The translations under genes were made by a program, and so were the position numbers. A stretch of DNA of 64,000 bases from Octopus vulgaris (taxonomy: Eukaryota): positions 2,418,001-2,482,000 of the forward strand of contig OX597827.1 in NCBI GenBank assembly GCA_951406725.2. Reading direction: 5' to 3'. The notes below the pieces were generated by a model. The model saw only the letters and a list, made by a program, of their open reading frames with translations. It was not told where the DNA came from and searched no databases. This document shows, piece after piece, positions 40,965-54,994 of this stretch. Positions within the stretch are counted from its first letter, which is position 1. The number at the start of each line of letters is the position of its first letter.

Positions 40965-41420
40965 GGTTGTAGCTGTACCCCGGTAAGTTGATGACCCCAT
41001 GGTTCCAAGTTCAACCCCACCACTACGTAGCTCCTTGGGCAAGTGTCTTTTGCAATAGCATCGATCCGACCAATGCTTCATGAGGGGATTTTGGTAGACG
41101 GAAACTGAAAGAAGACCTTCGTGTGTGTATATATGTATTTCTGCATGTATGTATGCATGTATGTATGTATGTATGTATGTATGTATGTATGTATGTATAC
41201 GCGTGTGTGTCTTTCTGTTTGTGTTTGTTTTCCACCACCGCTTGACGACCGGTGTTGATTTGTTTACGTCCCCCGTGACTTAGCAGTTCGGCACAGTAGT
41301 TCGATAGTATAAGAAACTGGCTTTAAAAAATAAGTACTGCAGCCGAGCTGTTCAACTAAAACTTGTCAAGGCAATGCTCCAGCACGGCCGCATCTAACGG
41401 CTGAAACAAGTAAAAGATGC
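40965..41420 (+). mobile_element. SINE family B, diverged
   Basis: CCTTGGGCAAGTGTCTT..TTTGGTAGACGGAAACTGAAAGAAG..GCTCCAGCACGGCCGCA..CTGAAACAAGTAAAAGA. Confidence 0.8.
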
Positions 41421-42709
41421 ATACATATATACACATGACAGCTGTCGACTCGTAAAACGATAATGACCACCACCGACAAGTTTTCAGCAAAGGACATACG
41501 TGTAGACAGACACAGATGCTGTGTTGGAGCAACTGTAATCTCTTAAATTGAATCTTGTAAATATTTCCTGCAGACTAACGGTGGGATAAAATGTAATGTC
41601 GAAATTGGCTGGTCGGATTTGAACTCAGTTATTTATCAACAAAATGAATTCATACTCAGCGACTTACCACCTGTACCATCTTTAGAGATCTGATAATCGG
41701 AATACACTAAATCATATTAAGATAAATAGTAATTACAATTGAATTCAAATTTTGGCACAATCTAAGTGATTTCATGATTACGTATTTCACGATTTAAGTT
41801 TGCATGTTTCTGAAATAACTAAGGACTGAAGTTCAACAAAGTTTCATGTTATATATTTGAGAAGATTAATAAAGTTAGTTGATTAGTTATTAAAAGTCAT
41901 GTTCATGCAACCTCTTGCAAGAAGCAAATCACGACTTCTATTTATGTTATATGTAGGCTTAGCAAAGCAAGCGAGTTTGCTAATCTATGAGACTTGACAT
42001 TCATCGCTTGTTGTTTTCGATGTTGTCTATGTCCAACTCGACCCTAGTCAAGCAGACCTACGATCAAAGCCTACCCATGTCTAACCATTCGCTTTCGGAT
42101 TTCTTCTCGGTCTGCATTATCCAGTAAGTACTTTCTCTTTTGATAGACGATTGATTGTTAACTGAGGAAGATTTTACTGTTATATCTCGTAGGTTGAGCA
42201 ACGGCGAAGAGGCTCTTCTTATGACTTTCTGCGATCAATCTTTAATGAGCAGCCGCCTTTCTAGCCGTGACAGTAATGTATATTTTTTATCCTAAAATAT
42301 CGTACTCAAGACTGAGTTACTTGGTTGTCTAGTCAACTATTTTCAAGATTCAAGGGTGAAGTTTGAAGCAGATTTGGCTGTTATTCTAGAAGTTCAAGCA
42401 TATTACGAAGAGAGTTACTCTCCAATTGGATGGAGAGAGATCAAATTTAATATTCAAATACGTATGGATCTGTGGTCACACGCATGTGCAATCATTCATT
42501 CGACTGTTCCTGCTTTCATCATGTTAGGACTGGCTCTAGAATGAAGACCAGCATCTTGTATGTTCAACTCTATACACTAAATAACACCAGCCAATGTGTA
42601 AGTTTCTACGTGTCGCTAGACTTGGTAGAAATAGTAACTAAATCCTCAACGTAGGAGCTTCTTGTCTGTCACTGTTTGAAATAGTTGCAAAATTGAGCTC
42701 GTGAGAAAT

Positions 42710-42965
42710 AGAAATGGTACGGAATATTCATCCTGTTTATGAAAATCAAGCTTTAAATGTCCAGGCATGACAATAATGGTTTTATCAGTTTTGCTCAGGA
42801 AATCTTTCTTTCGCAGATTCTCTTTGGTGTGGAAGACCATGCTCTCTCAATATTGAGCTTCTGAAATTCGTAGTTGAAGAAAATCCAAAGCAAACTGCAC
42901 GATAAATAGCAAACCATTCCAATTCAAGTCATACTTTGGTCATGAAATATCTTCAAATAATTCAC
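42710..42965 (+). pseudogene. Mariner transposase N-terminal (HTH) remnant
   Basis: EMVRNIHPVYENQALNVQA*Q*WFYQFCSGNLSFADSLWCGRPCSLNIELLKFVVEENPKQTAR*IANHSNSSHTLVMKYLQ matches the mariner pattern WF.RF.SG.F.L.D..RSGRP......LK..VE..P..T.RELA. Confidence 0.85.
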
Positions 42966-43661
42966 TGCATCTTAAACAAAAATGTTAAATAATGCTGTTC
43001 TGTATTTTCTGGACAAAGTAAAAAAAATAATAAAACAAAATAAATACAGGAAGGTCACGGCTGAAATGCGTTTAGGTCTACTGAATCAGATCAGGTGTTG
43101 TGACAGACATGCCTTTCCAAGACAATCAGAAGGAGATTTTGAGATAGTCACGAATATAAAATTGATTCCTATTTTCCTGCTTCTAACAATCAGACACTGC
43201 GCAGAATATCACGACCATCGGACCCTCTCCAGCCTCACAGCCTTCACCATCCTACTTCTTTCCAATGCCACCTCACCACCTTTCCCACCTGCATGACCCT
43301 CCTCACCATCAAATCCTTTGCTGACCATCACCACCTTTTCATCACCTTCACTGTCATCACCAATCTCACCAAACTCGCCATTCGAGACAAACTCGCAGTT
43401 GTTGCAGATCATCTCTTAACTCCGCTAATACTTACAAGATAATCCTCCTTGTCATCATCATCTTCTTCATCGTCGTATCGTCGTCGTCATCATCATCATT
43501 ATCATCATTATCATCATCATCATATTAACGAATGATGATTATAAGAATTAACATAATTTCCTGTGAGGCAGCACGATGGACTTCTAATCTGTTTTCAGCC
43601 GAGAGATAAACTGGATAAAAATGATACAACCATGATGACGACGACGATAATGATTTTGATA

Positions 43662-43693
<32 letters not shown>

Positions 43694-44387
43694 CATCATC
43701 ATCATCATCATCATCATCAGAAGCAGCAGCAGCAGCATGGAGGTGGTGATGGTGATGACGGTAACGACAATGATGTGGTAATAATGATGATGACGGTAGT
43801 CATGATGATGATGATGACGACGATGATGGCTTGAAGTGAGAGTGTAAAGATAAGGGCAAAAGTGGAGACAGAAGAGAAGGCGAGGATGAGGATGTGGACT
43901 GCCACGACCGCCATGTTTATTACTGTGTCACCATCTTGTTTGCATAATACTCAACGATGCATAGTGATGTATACAGTAAATATATTTACAGGATAATGTA
44001 CTGAAAAATGTGTGTGAACGCACAGTAGTGTGAATATAAATGTGTATGGACGTGTGTTTGTATACACACACACACACACTCATATATATATACATGCCTA
44101 TACATGTATACATACATAGCTACACAGAGACATATATATATGTATACATACACATATATATATATATATATAAAACATACACACATATATATATATAATA
44201 TACATGTATATACATACATACATATATATACATATATAAAAAGAGAGAGACAAACGGACGGGTGGACAGACAGAGACAGAGATAAATAGAGAGAAAGAGA
44301 AAGTAAAATAGAGAAATATAAATGTATATGTACATACATATATACATATATATATATATTTATATATATATATACATATATATATAT

Positions 44388-44464
<77 letters not shown>

Positions 44465-44709
44465 CGTATGTATGTATATGCATATACTTCATATATATAC
44501 ACCTATATATATATGCATGTATATGTAGAACTGACAAGTGATAAAAAATCAGTTACACTACGCCTGGTTACGAAAATATGACAAAGTAGCAGTGAAATCG
44601 TTGTTTAACAGGAAATGGGCAATGAAAAAGCGAAAGAAAATGACAATTAAATTTTCTTTTTCTTTACATCATTCACATTTATCATATAGTGAAATAGAGA
44701 CAGCAGAAT

Positions 44710-44778
<69 letters not shown>

Positions 44779-44919
44779 GAGAGAGGTGTAGAGGGAGGTA
44801 GCAAGTATGAGAAAGTGAGAATGAGTGAGAAAGACTGAATGAGAGTAAAAGAGGGAGTGATAGAGAGGCATTAGATTATATTCAGTGGGTTTCAGGTTCA
44901 AATCGTCGACATATAGACA

Positions 44920-45075
44920 CAGGCAGAGCTGTGTGAGGTTCAGAAGTTTACTTTGTAACCGCGGGGTTCTGGGTTCAATCCCACTGCACGGCATCTTGGA
45001 GAAGTGTCTTCAACTATAAGACTTGGGACGACCAATGACTTCTGACTGAATTTCAAAGACGGAAGCTCTCTGGAA
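44920..45075 (+). mobile_element. SINE family B head, diverged
   Basis: GGGTTCAATCCCACTGCACGGCATCTTGGAGAAGTGTCTTC. Confidence 0.7.
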
Positions 45076-45219
45076 TCTCGAATCTCACACACACACTCAC
45101 ACACACACAAATATATATATATAGTTCACATAGTTCAAACTTACAGAAAACAAAAGACGAAGGCAGGTGAGGGAACAACAAGCAGGTGTAATAGTTTGAC
45201 GCTCTAGAAGAATGGAAAG

Positions 45220-45259
45220 TCTTTTGACGTTTCGAGTTTACGCTCTTCGACAGAAAAGA
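45220..45259 (-). ncRNA. Minimal hammerhead motif (A6U variant)
   Basis: Minus strand: TCTTTT-CTGTCGA-a-GAG-cgtaaa-CTC-GAAA-CG-TC-AAAAGA. 6-bp helix I and a palindromic ACGT helix III typical of dimer-forming PLE hammerheads. Confidence 0.65.
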
Positions 45260-45374
45260 TTCAGAAGAAAACAAAAACCGGCACGTATAGGGATTAACGG
45301 TTCAATATGATAAATACATGTATACACACACACACACACATACACATATATATGTATATATATACGTGTACATA

Positions 45375-45598
45375 TACTCTTTACTCTTTTACTTGTTTTA
45401 GTCATTTGATTGCGGCCATGCTGGAGCACCACCTTTAGTCGAGAAAACCGACCCCAGGACTTATTCTTTGTAAGCCTAGTACTTATTCTATCGGTCTCTT
45501 TTCGCCGAACCACTAGGTTACGGGGACGTAAACACACCAGCATCGGTTGTCAAGCGATGTTGGAGAGACAAACACAGACACACAAACGTATACACACA

Positions 45599-45640
<42 letters not shown>

Positions 45641-45790
45641 TACGACGGGCTTCTTTCAGTTTCCGTCTACCAAATCCACTCTCGAGGCTATAATAGAAGA
45701 CATTTGCCCAAGGTGCCACGCAGTGGGACTGAACCCGAGACCATCTAGTTCGTAAGCAAGTTACTTACCACACAGCCACTTCTACGCCTA
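45375..45790 (-). mobile_element. SINE family B, full length
   Basis: Reverse complement of 30271-30745. Confidence 0.9.
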
Positions 45791-46150
45791 TACGTATATA
45801 TATACGTATATATATATATATATATATACTTATATATATATGTGTGTGTATGTGTGTGAGTGCGTGTGTGTGTGCATGTGTATGTGTATCATTGCGTGCA
45901 TGGGTCTTTGTCTCTGCGTCTGACGAAACCAGTTGCTAACTGGTGTTGGTTTGACCTACATTCTTTCCTAATCTATAAAAGAGAGACCCGTTTGCTTAAT
46001 AGCACCGACAGTTTGCTTCAATAAATATCAGATTTGTCTTCGCTTGTTCAGTTTAAAATCAGTTATCAACGATTGACTTGGTTAGCCAATTTTTTACGTT
46101 GCATCAGAACCTCTGAGATCATTAATTACAGAGCTGAGCGGTGGTAGTAG

Positions 46151-46196
<46 letters not shown>

Positions 46197-46200
46197 CAGT

Positions 46201-46270
<70 letters not shown>

Positions 46271-47073
46271 ATAGTGGTGGTGGTGGTGGTAGGAGGAGGA
46301 GGGGAGGAAGAGGAGATGGGGGAGGAGGAGTGGCAGCAGCTGCTGCAGCTTTTTGTTTTGTTGTTGTAGTGGTAGAGATCCGGGTCACCCTTTCGATGGG
46401 CCTCAAGCGGTTTTCGTTTTCTAAATTTAATTCAATAGCATTTTGGCGGACATTCTGTGATTACATTAGAAGACTGTCTGCCACCCAATTTGGATTTCGC
46501 TCGAAATTTTGGTTTGAACTCGAAATCACTACGCTGTGAAGTGAATCCCTTCACCATAAGCCTCACAGTCATGCTTGCTCCAATGCAAACCCCTTTTACA
46601 TGGGGCAGTTGAGGATATCAGCCCTGCAGGTCGTCAACCTGTGCCTCACGTTCTAACCGACGCATTTGCGTAGACAGATGATAATGTGAAACTAATGAAG
46701 TAGAAGAACAATAATGCAATGATGCAAAAACACCTTCAAAATTGTCACCTGAGCAAGAGATCGATGGCTCTGCTAGGTTTAATCCCTACCCATCAAATCG
46801 CCATTCAAGAGGATGGGTGGGTGGATGGATGGAGAAATGGATGGATGGATGTAAAAACCTTATGTCAAGATCGTTGCTAGTAAAGTAGACTTACTGTAAT
46901 GTCTACTATTATATATATATATATATATATATACATTTATGCATACATATAGACAAGTGATCTGACAGACAGGCAGACAGATAGATAGAAATGTGTATAT
47001 ATATCTGTACGTACATACATACATGTGTGTATACATGTGTATTACAAGAATGTGTATATACATATCCTTATAC

Positions 47074-47124
<51 letters not shown>

Positions 47125-47330
47125 GTAGATAGATAGATAGATTGATACATACATACGTACATACATACATGTGTGTGAGTGTGTGTAATTATTAAATCTA
47201 AACTTTTTGAAATATGTTTTTACAAAGTATTTTATGCTCAATCGGATTCTAGTTCTGTTGTTCAAGGAAGCGGATGAGCGTCAATGTGTATGTGTACATA
47301 TATGACTGTGTGTGCACGTGTGTGAGTATT

Positions 47331-47369
<39 letters not shown>

Positions 47370-47503
47370 GGGGGTGAGTATATATATTTCCGTACTGGAA
47401 GAGTATCTGTTTGAGGAATTATGCAAACAACACGCACACACACCATACAAGAATACATATACAATGTATGTGTGTGTGTGTGAGTGTATTCACGCTTATA
47501 TAC

Positions 47504-47555
<52 letters not shown>

Positions 47556-48046
47556 ATATATATGACGTTATTATTCGTTTGTCTTGGAGGGTTTTTTTTC
47601 TTTTCTTTTCGCAATATGAAATGTTTGGCTTTCATTTAACTGGAATCTAGCATCAAACGTTGTTGTACATTATTACATATTGCAGCAGAAAGGTGCCGTT
47701 CGAATAGTTCACTGCACTAAAAGAGAAACGGAATTATTGTATTTTGGTGAGCGAGTGTTTGTACGCGTGTATGTGTTATGCATCTGAGTGTGAGCGTGCG
47801 TGCGCGTGTAAGAGAGCGGGGTGAGAGAGACAGGTAGAGACAGACAGACAGAGAAAGAGAGAGAGAGAAAGAAATAGAGAAAGAGAAAGAGTGAGGATGG
47901 GATGAAGTAGAGGTGAGAATTCTGCTATTTCTTTAATCGCTTTTATAATATTCATTGTCGTTCATGAGTGTGTGTGTGTGTGTGTGGATAGATAGAGAGA
48001 AATAATTATAAATATGTATACATATATTATACATGCATGTATATAT

Positions 48047-48252
48047 AGAAGCCCGTCGTGTGTATGTGTGTATGCATGTATTTGTGTGTGTGTTTGTGCC
48101 CCTACCATCGCTTGACACCAATGTTGGTGTGTTTACGTCCCCGTAATATAGCGGTCCGGCAAAAAGGACCGATCAAATAAGTACAAGTTCGACAAGAGGC
48201 GGTGCTCTAGCATGGCCGCAGTCAAATGACTGAAACAAGTAAAAGAGAAAAG
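48047..48252 (+). mobile_element. SINE family B, 3' half
   Basis: AGAAGCCCGTCG..CATCGCTTGACA..GGCGGTGCTCTAGCATGGCCGCAGTCAAATGACTGAAAC. Confidence 0.85.
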
Positions 48253-48317
48253 AATATATATGTATATATATTTGTATGTATGTATATATAAACATATACA
48301 TATACATATATAATTAG

Positions 48318-48406
<89 letters not shown>

Positions 48407-48519
48407 CATATATACATATATTGAGATAGATAGATAGATATTATTGCCTGTTTATTGCGTATTTATTATTTCGATATTTGATATTTTATAATTTAATATT
48501 TAAACCAAAATTATTATCG

Positions 48520-48556
<37 letters not shown>

Positions 48557-48771
48557 CATTATTATTATTATTATTATTACCGTTATTCTTGTTCTTGTTA
48601 TCGTTATTGTGTTCCGTATAAGCTTTGTCTTTCTTTTTCTTACTTTTTCATTTTTTGAAAATTTCTTTACTTATTGCGATTTTTTGTTTTCAATTTCTTT
48701 TAGAACTAGAACAATAGAATATGTGTTGGTGCACACGTTTTTATGTATGTATATACATACACACATGTAGA

Positions 48772-48842
<71 letters not shown>

Positions 48843-49718
48843 TACATATATACATATATACATACATACATATATACATATATACATATATACGTATATA
48901 TATATATATATATGGACATAAAGCGGGGCGGGGGTTATACATCAATGAACACATACGTTTGCACTGACAAACACGAATTGAACTTCAATAAATATAAGTT
49001 ATTGAACTACGAATAATAACAACAACAACATCAATAACAACAACAACAAGAATATGAATACCAACAACAATATTATGAACGATAACAAATTTTTCAACAC
49101 AAACAGCAATAACTGCAATATGCCATCATCATCGTCATCATCGTCGTTGTCGTCGTCGTCGTCACCAGGGAGATTTATCTGCTAGAAATATGACCCAAAC
49201 CCCTCTCAACCCACGCCCAGCTCCTTAAATAACGAACGATTCCATTGTCAGGCCGGTTATGGCTGAGATATCTTCGCCCCTGGAGTTCTCTCCATGGAGT
49301 TCATCCTAGGGTTAAACAACAAAAACAACAAAGACTCAGTAACACCAATTGTGTGATCATAAAACCTGACTTAAACTAACGATTTATTATTTACAACCAG
49401 ATCATCTTTGAGAAAGAAAAAAAATTGGCTGAAAAGCATTCGAACGTTTCGTATATCATGGATTCGTTAACCAATGTATCCTTCTTTATCGTAAGACGTC
49501 AGGCTGTGGTTTTGAGAGAAGGTAGCTGACATTTCTTTTAAATTAAGCAACAGCTTTGTGGTTCTCTGGCCGACATTACTTAATATTACTTTATTTAAAA
49601 AGATCTCAAATTCAGAATAGATGAGTGTAGCCGATTAAACTATTCCTAGTTCTTCATTTATACTTTATATTATTGATCCCCGAATGGATTAACAGAATAT
49701 CGGACCTTGCAGTCACGA

Positions 49719-49966
49719 TGTAATGGATTCAAGTAATCCGGTAATATTCATAAACAAGCTTCTCACATATCAGCATTAAATCGAAATACGAAAACTTCTC
49801 TGAAGATAATGCAGAATTTTGGCTACCTACTGAAACAAATCTGTAGTGATTTTTCAATGTTTGTTAAATAAAATTGTTGTGTGGACGCCCCCAGACGATG
49901 AAGTAGTAGAGTCGAGAGTTGAGTAGCGGTCATCCGAATGTGTGATATAACAGTGGCGACGAGGAT
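49719..49966 (+). mobile_element. Gypsy-like LTR remnant with tRNA-Ser PBS
   Basis: TGTAAT...AATAAA...ATAACA(49952)-G-TGGCGACGAGGAT(49954-49966). The 13-mer is complementary to the 3' end of tRNA-Ser(GCT) ..AUCCUCGUCGCCA. The left boundary is tentative. Confidence 0.65.
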
Positions 49967-50026
49967 TTCATAACTCACACAGCCACGGTGTAGTATTGCG
50001 ACATAACAAAAATTCCTAATTTTTCT

Positions 50027-50333
50027 CCTTATTGTTTGTTCCTTCTCGAGCCACGCCTGGCACATAGGGCCGGTTTCCCGGTTTCCTTGGCGTAAAGGTT
50101 CCCCACCTGAAAGGAGGCCGGTCTGTTGCAGGTGAGCTGCAAGATGCAGGAAGAAAGAGTGAAAGAAAGTTGCGGCGAAAGAGTCAGCAGAGGTTCGCCA
50201 TTACATTGAGCCGGAGCCGAGTGGAGCTTAGGTGTTTCGCTCATAAACACACACATCGCCCGGTCTGAGATTCGAACCCGCGATCCCTCGACCGCGAGTC
50301 CGCTGCTCTAACCACTAGGCGATGTGGCTCCAC
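50027..50333 (-). mobile_element. tRNA-derived SINE family D, full length
   Basis: Minus strand GTGGAGCCACATCGCCTAGTGGTTAGAGCAGCGGACTCGCGGTCGAGGGATCGCGGGTTCGAATCTCAGACC. Second copy at 54182. Confidence 0.85.
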
Positions 50334-50379
50334 TAGATCCATATGCAAATATATATATACACATATATATATATATATT

Positions 50380-50613
50380 TTTTCTTTTATTCTTTTACTT
50401 GTTTGTCATTTGAATGCGGCCATGCTGGAGCACCGCCTTTAGTCGAATAAATCGGCACCAGGACTTGTCCTTTGTAAACCTAGTACTTATTCTACCGGTA
50501 AGTTTCGGGGACGTAAACACACCAACATCGGTTGTCAGGTGATGGGGAGGGGCCAAACACAGACACGCAAACACATAAACCTATACACACACGTACATAT
50601 ATATATGTGTATA

Positions 50614-50649
<36 letters not shown>

Positions 50650-50848
50650 TGTATGTATGTATGTATGTATGTATCTATGTATGTGTACGACGAGCTTCTT
50701 TCAAGTTCCGTCTACCAAATCCACTCATAAGGCTTTAGTCGGCCCGCAGCTATAGTAGAAGACACTTACCCAAGGTGCCACGCATTGGGACTGAACGCAG
50801 AACCACATCGTTGGGAAGCATGTTTCTTACCAGACAGCATGCCTACCT
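50380..50848 (-). mobile_element. SINE family B
   Basis: Reverse complement of 30271-30745. Confidence 0.88.
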
Positions 50849-50984
50849 TTCATATATATGTGTGTGCGTGCGCGCGCGCGTGTGTGTGTGTTGCGTTTTG
50901 TTTTCTGAATAGTACCCCTGACCTTGGCACTTAGAAAAATGAACCTGGGGTACCAAATAAAGAAACCTGCGGCACCAAATAAAG

Positions 50985-51385
50985 GACTGTATCGAAGCAG
51001 AGGAAAACAGCCCGGGGTGTTATATAAAAATGCCGTGGAGCTACTGTTGAAACACACGAAGAAGACCGACGTCATCAAAACTGAAAATTGTGTAATGGAG
51101 GAAAAATTTAAACAAGAAGTGAACACACAAAAAAGAAAAAGCATGCAGGGAAAAAAGTGTACGGTCAGTTTGCAAGAAATGTGAACGCGAAGACAGATTC
51201 AGAGGACCGGTGGCTATGGATGAGGAGAGGTGACCTGAAGATAGACACAGAAGCAGTCATATGCGCAGCTCGAGAACAAGCGTTAAGGACCAATTATATG
51301 AAGTGCAGGATAGACAACACTACCGACAGCAACAAATGCAGAATGTGTGGTGAGAAGGGTGAAACGGTACGGCACATCGTAAGCC
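50985..51385 (+). pseudogene. R4/Dong-like (RLE-type) non-LTR retrotransposon ORF remnant with CCHC knuckle
   Basis: DCIEAEENSPGCYIKN../..YGQFARNVNAKTDSEDRWLWMRRGDLKIDTEAVICAAREQALRTNYMKCRIDNTTDSNKCRMCGEKGETVRHIVS, frameshifted and cut off by a SINE. Confidence 0.9.
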
Positions 51386-51698
51386 TAGTACTTATTCTAT
51401 CGGTCTCTTTTGCCGAACCGTTAAGTTACTGGGACGTAAACACACCAGCATCGATTGTCAAGCGATGATGAGGGGACAAACACAGACACACAAACATATA
51501 CACACATATACATATATAAAGATATACATATATACACGGGCTTCTTTCAATTTCCGTCTACCAAATCCACTCACAAGGCTTTGGACGGCCCCGAGACTAT
51601 AGTAGAAGACACTTGCCCAAGGTGCCACGCAGTGGGACTGGACCTGGAACCTTGTGGTTCGTAAGCAAGCTACTTACCACATAGCCATTCCTCCGCCT
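51379..51698 (-). mobile_element. SINE family B lacking its 3' tail
   Basis: GTAAGCCTAGTACTTATTCTATCGG...CTTACCACATAGCCATTCCTCCGCC. Confidence 0.88.
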
Positions 51699-52043
51699 AA
51701 AAAAAAAATCTAACATATTGTTCTACTTTTATTTTATCTTTTGTTTTACCTATTTAAGTCATTAGAATGCACCCATCTTGGGGCACTGCCTAGAAAAGTT
51801 TAGTCGAACAAATGGACTCCAGGACATTTATTTATAAGCTTGATAATTTATCTGTCGGGTCATTTTTGTGGAACCGTTAAGTTACGTAGCTGTAAACAAA
51901 CCACTACCAGTTGTCAAGAGGTTGCGGAGGACACACACAAACACACGCATATACATGCAGACATACACACACGTACACATGCACACACACATACATATAT
52001 ACATATACATACATATATACATATACATATATGCATATATATA

Positions 52044-52207
52044 GGCGCAGTTGTGGGTGTGTGGTAATAAGCTTGCTTCCCAACCACATGGTTCCAGATT
52101 CGATCCCACTGTGTGGCACCTGAGGCAAGTATCTTTTACTATAGCCTCGGGCTGACCAAAGCCTTGTGAGTGGATTTGATAGACGGAAGCTGAAAGAAAC
52201 CCGTCTG

Positions 52208-52275
<68 letters not shown>

Positions 52276-52505
52276 TTTGTGTGTGTGTGCTTGTACCTGT
52301 GTTTGTTCCCCCACCATCGCTTGACAACCGATGTTGGTGTGTTTACGACCCTGTGACGTAGTGGTTCGGCAAACGAAACTGATAGAAGTACTAGGCTTAC
52401 AAAGAATAAATCCTGGGAATCGATATCTTCGACTAAATCCCTTTAAGGCGGTGCCACAGCATGGCCGCATTCAAATGACTGAAACAAGTAAAAGGATAAA
52501 AGAAC
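52044..52505 (+). mobile_element. SINE family B, full length
   Basis: Colinear with 30271-30745. Confidence 0.88.
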
Positions 52506-52677
52506 ACATAATTTATATATATATATGTATATGTATGTATGAATGTATGTATGTATGTATGTATGTATGTATGTATGCAGGTATGTATGTATGTATGTAT
52601 GTATGCAGGTATGTATGCAGGTATGTATGTATGTATGTATGTATGTATGCAAGTATGTATGCATGTATGTATGTATA

Positions 52678-52843
52678 TACGACAGGCTTCTTTCAGTTTC
52701 TGTCAACCAAATTCACTCGCAAAGCTTTGGCCAGCTTGAGGCTATAACAGAAGAGACTTGCCCAAGGTGCTATGCAGTGAGACTGAACCTGCAACCATAT
52801 GACCGGAAAGCAAGCTTCTTACTACACAACCACGCCTGCGCCT
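52678..52843 (-). mobile_element. SINE family B, 5' half
   Basis: GGCTTCTTTCAGTTTC..CTTGCCCAAGGTGC..CCACGCCTGCGCC. Confidence 0.82.
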
Positions 52844-53472
52844 ACAAACGTCGTCGCACAGCCAGGCTTTCGCCGCCATATTTGGGATCGGAACCACAAA
52901 TGAGCGCATGATTAGGCCTAAATTTTAAGGCGCCAAAATTTTCGTTTGCCAAGGGATATGTCTGCTCATTGAAGCCTGTCTGGTCTGGGGCCACACCGCA
53001 ACTATAACAATGACGATGATGAAGATGATGACGATGACAACGGGGACTATAACAAGAGCACGTATCCATAGCAACCAGCAACAATCTGTATCAACAACAG
53101 CATTAACTTCAAAGTCGATATGAATAACATGAAGAAGAACAACATGAATAAGGACAACAGCAACACTGTAAAATATACAGCAGCAGCAGCAGTGGCAGTA
53201 GCAGCAGTAGCAGTTACTATAGCGACAACAAAACAATTTCAGATTTTTAAAGCAAATCAAATCAAATAAAACAAAATATAAAAATACGAACTAAAAAAAG
53301 AAAAAAATTTAACATTAACTTAAAACACAATAAAAAAAATTCTATACGAAATATCAAAACAAATGCTTTGAACAAAAGGAGGGAAAAGAGAAATATAAAA
53401 AAATAATAAATTAATGAAAGAAAGTAAAAATATATTATAATAACAATAATGATAATAGCAATAATAATACTG

Positions 53473-53569
<97 letters not shown>

Positions 53570-53755
53570 CAACAACAACAATATTGCAAAAGAGGGTTGT
53601 TTGAATAATCGGAATATTTTAGTTCCAATAAGATCTGAGAAAAATTTCGATATGAATTAATATAAAATTGATATAAAAACATTTTTTTTTTTAAAAAGCA
53701 ACAAAAAAGTTTATAGACAAACATTAATAATAATAATAATAATAATAACGATGAC

Positions 53756-53799
<44 letters not shown>

Positions 53800-53918
53800 G
53801 ACGACAACGACGACCATTTTTTTTATTCGCCATCAGGGCGACGGTCGAGTGGGAGACAGATTTACAAATTTGAGTGGGAGTGTACTTAAAATCGTTTGAG
53901 AAGAAATCACCACTACTA

Positions 53919-53951
<33 letters not shown>

Positions 53952-54181
53952 GGGATACTGATGATGATGATTGATGACGATGGTGGTGGTGATGATATTT
54001 AATGATGGTGATATTCATCTTGATAATAACGTTAATGATGATAACGCTAATATAGAAATAATAATATAGAATAATTATGCAAACACGAAATTGATTGTTT
54101 GGTTTAACTGACTGCCGGATTGTCGGTTTAATAACATTGTAATCATCATGTATTAGAATTTATAGATGTATACACAACATT

Positions 54182-54375
54182 GTGGAGGCACATGGCTTAG
54201 TGGTTAGAGCAGCGGACTCACGGTCGAGGAATCGCGGGGTCGAATCTCAGACCGAGTGATGTGTGCGTTTATGGGCTAAATAACTAAACTCCACGCGGCT
54301 CCGGCAGAACCTGCTGACTCTTTCCTTCTAACAATTCACCTGCGGCCCTTATTAGGGCTCGAGAAGGAATAAACA
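54182..54375 (+). mobile_element. SINE family D, internally deleted
   Basis: GTGGAGGCACATGGCTTAGTGGTTAGAGCAGCGGACTC..GTCGAATCTCAGACC..CTCGAGAAGGAATAAAC. Confidence 0.82.
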
Positions 54376-54419
54376 ACAACATACGCAACATTATATTATA
54401 AACACACATCGCCTGGTCT

Positions 54420-54955
54420 ATAGCTGTGTGGTAAGTAGCTTGCTTACTAACAACATGGTTCCGGGTTCAGTCCCACTGCGTGACACCTTGGGTAAGTGTC
54501 TTCTACTATAGCCTCGGGCCGACCAAAGCCTTGAGAGATAGACGGAAACTGAAAGAATCCCGTCGTGTAGATGTGTATGTATATGTTTGAGTGTCTGTTT
54601 GTCCCCCATCATCGCTTGACAAGCGATGCTGGTGTGTTTACATCCCCGTCGGTTCGGCAAGAGAGACTGATAGAATAAGTACTAGGCTTACAAAGAATAA
54701 GTCCTGGTGTCGATTTGCTCGACTAAAGGTGGTGCTCCAGCATGGCCGCAGTCAAATGACTGAAACAAATAAAAGAATAAAAGAAAAGAATATACACACG
54801 ATATTATGACGCTTCTGTAGCATCTCAGGTGCCGGCATAGCTGTGCAGTTAAAGGTTTACTTTCCAACCACATGGTTTCGGATTCTGTCCCACTGCGTGG
54901 CACGTTGTGCTAGTATCTTCCACTTGTGAGTGAATTTGTGTAGAGGCCCGTCGTA
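54420..54955 (+). mobile_element. SINE family B copy (54420-54790) plus a second head (54833-54955)
   Basis: Colinear with 30271-30745. Confidence 0.85.
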
Positions 54956-54994
54956 TACACGCATTGATGCATGCATAGAGAACGGTGTTCTCCA

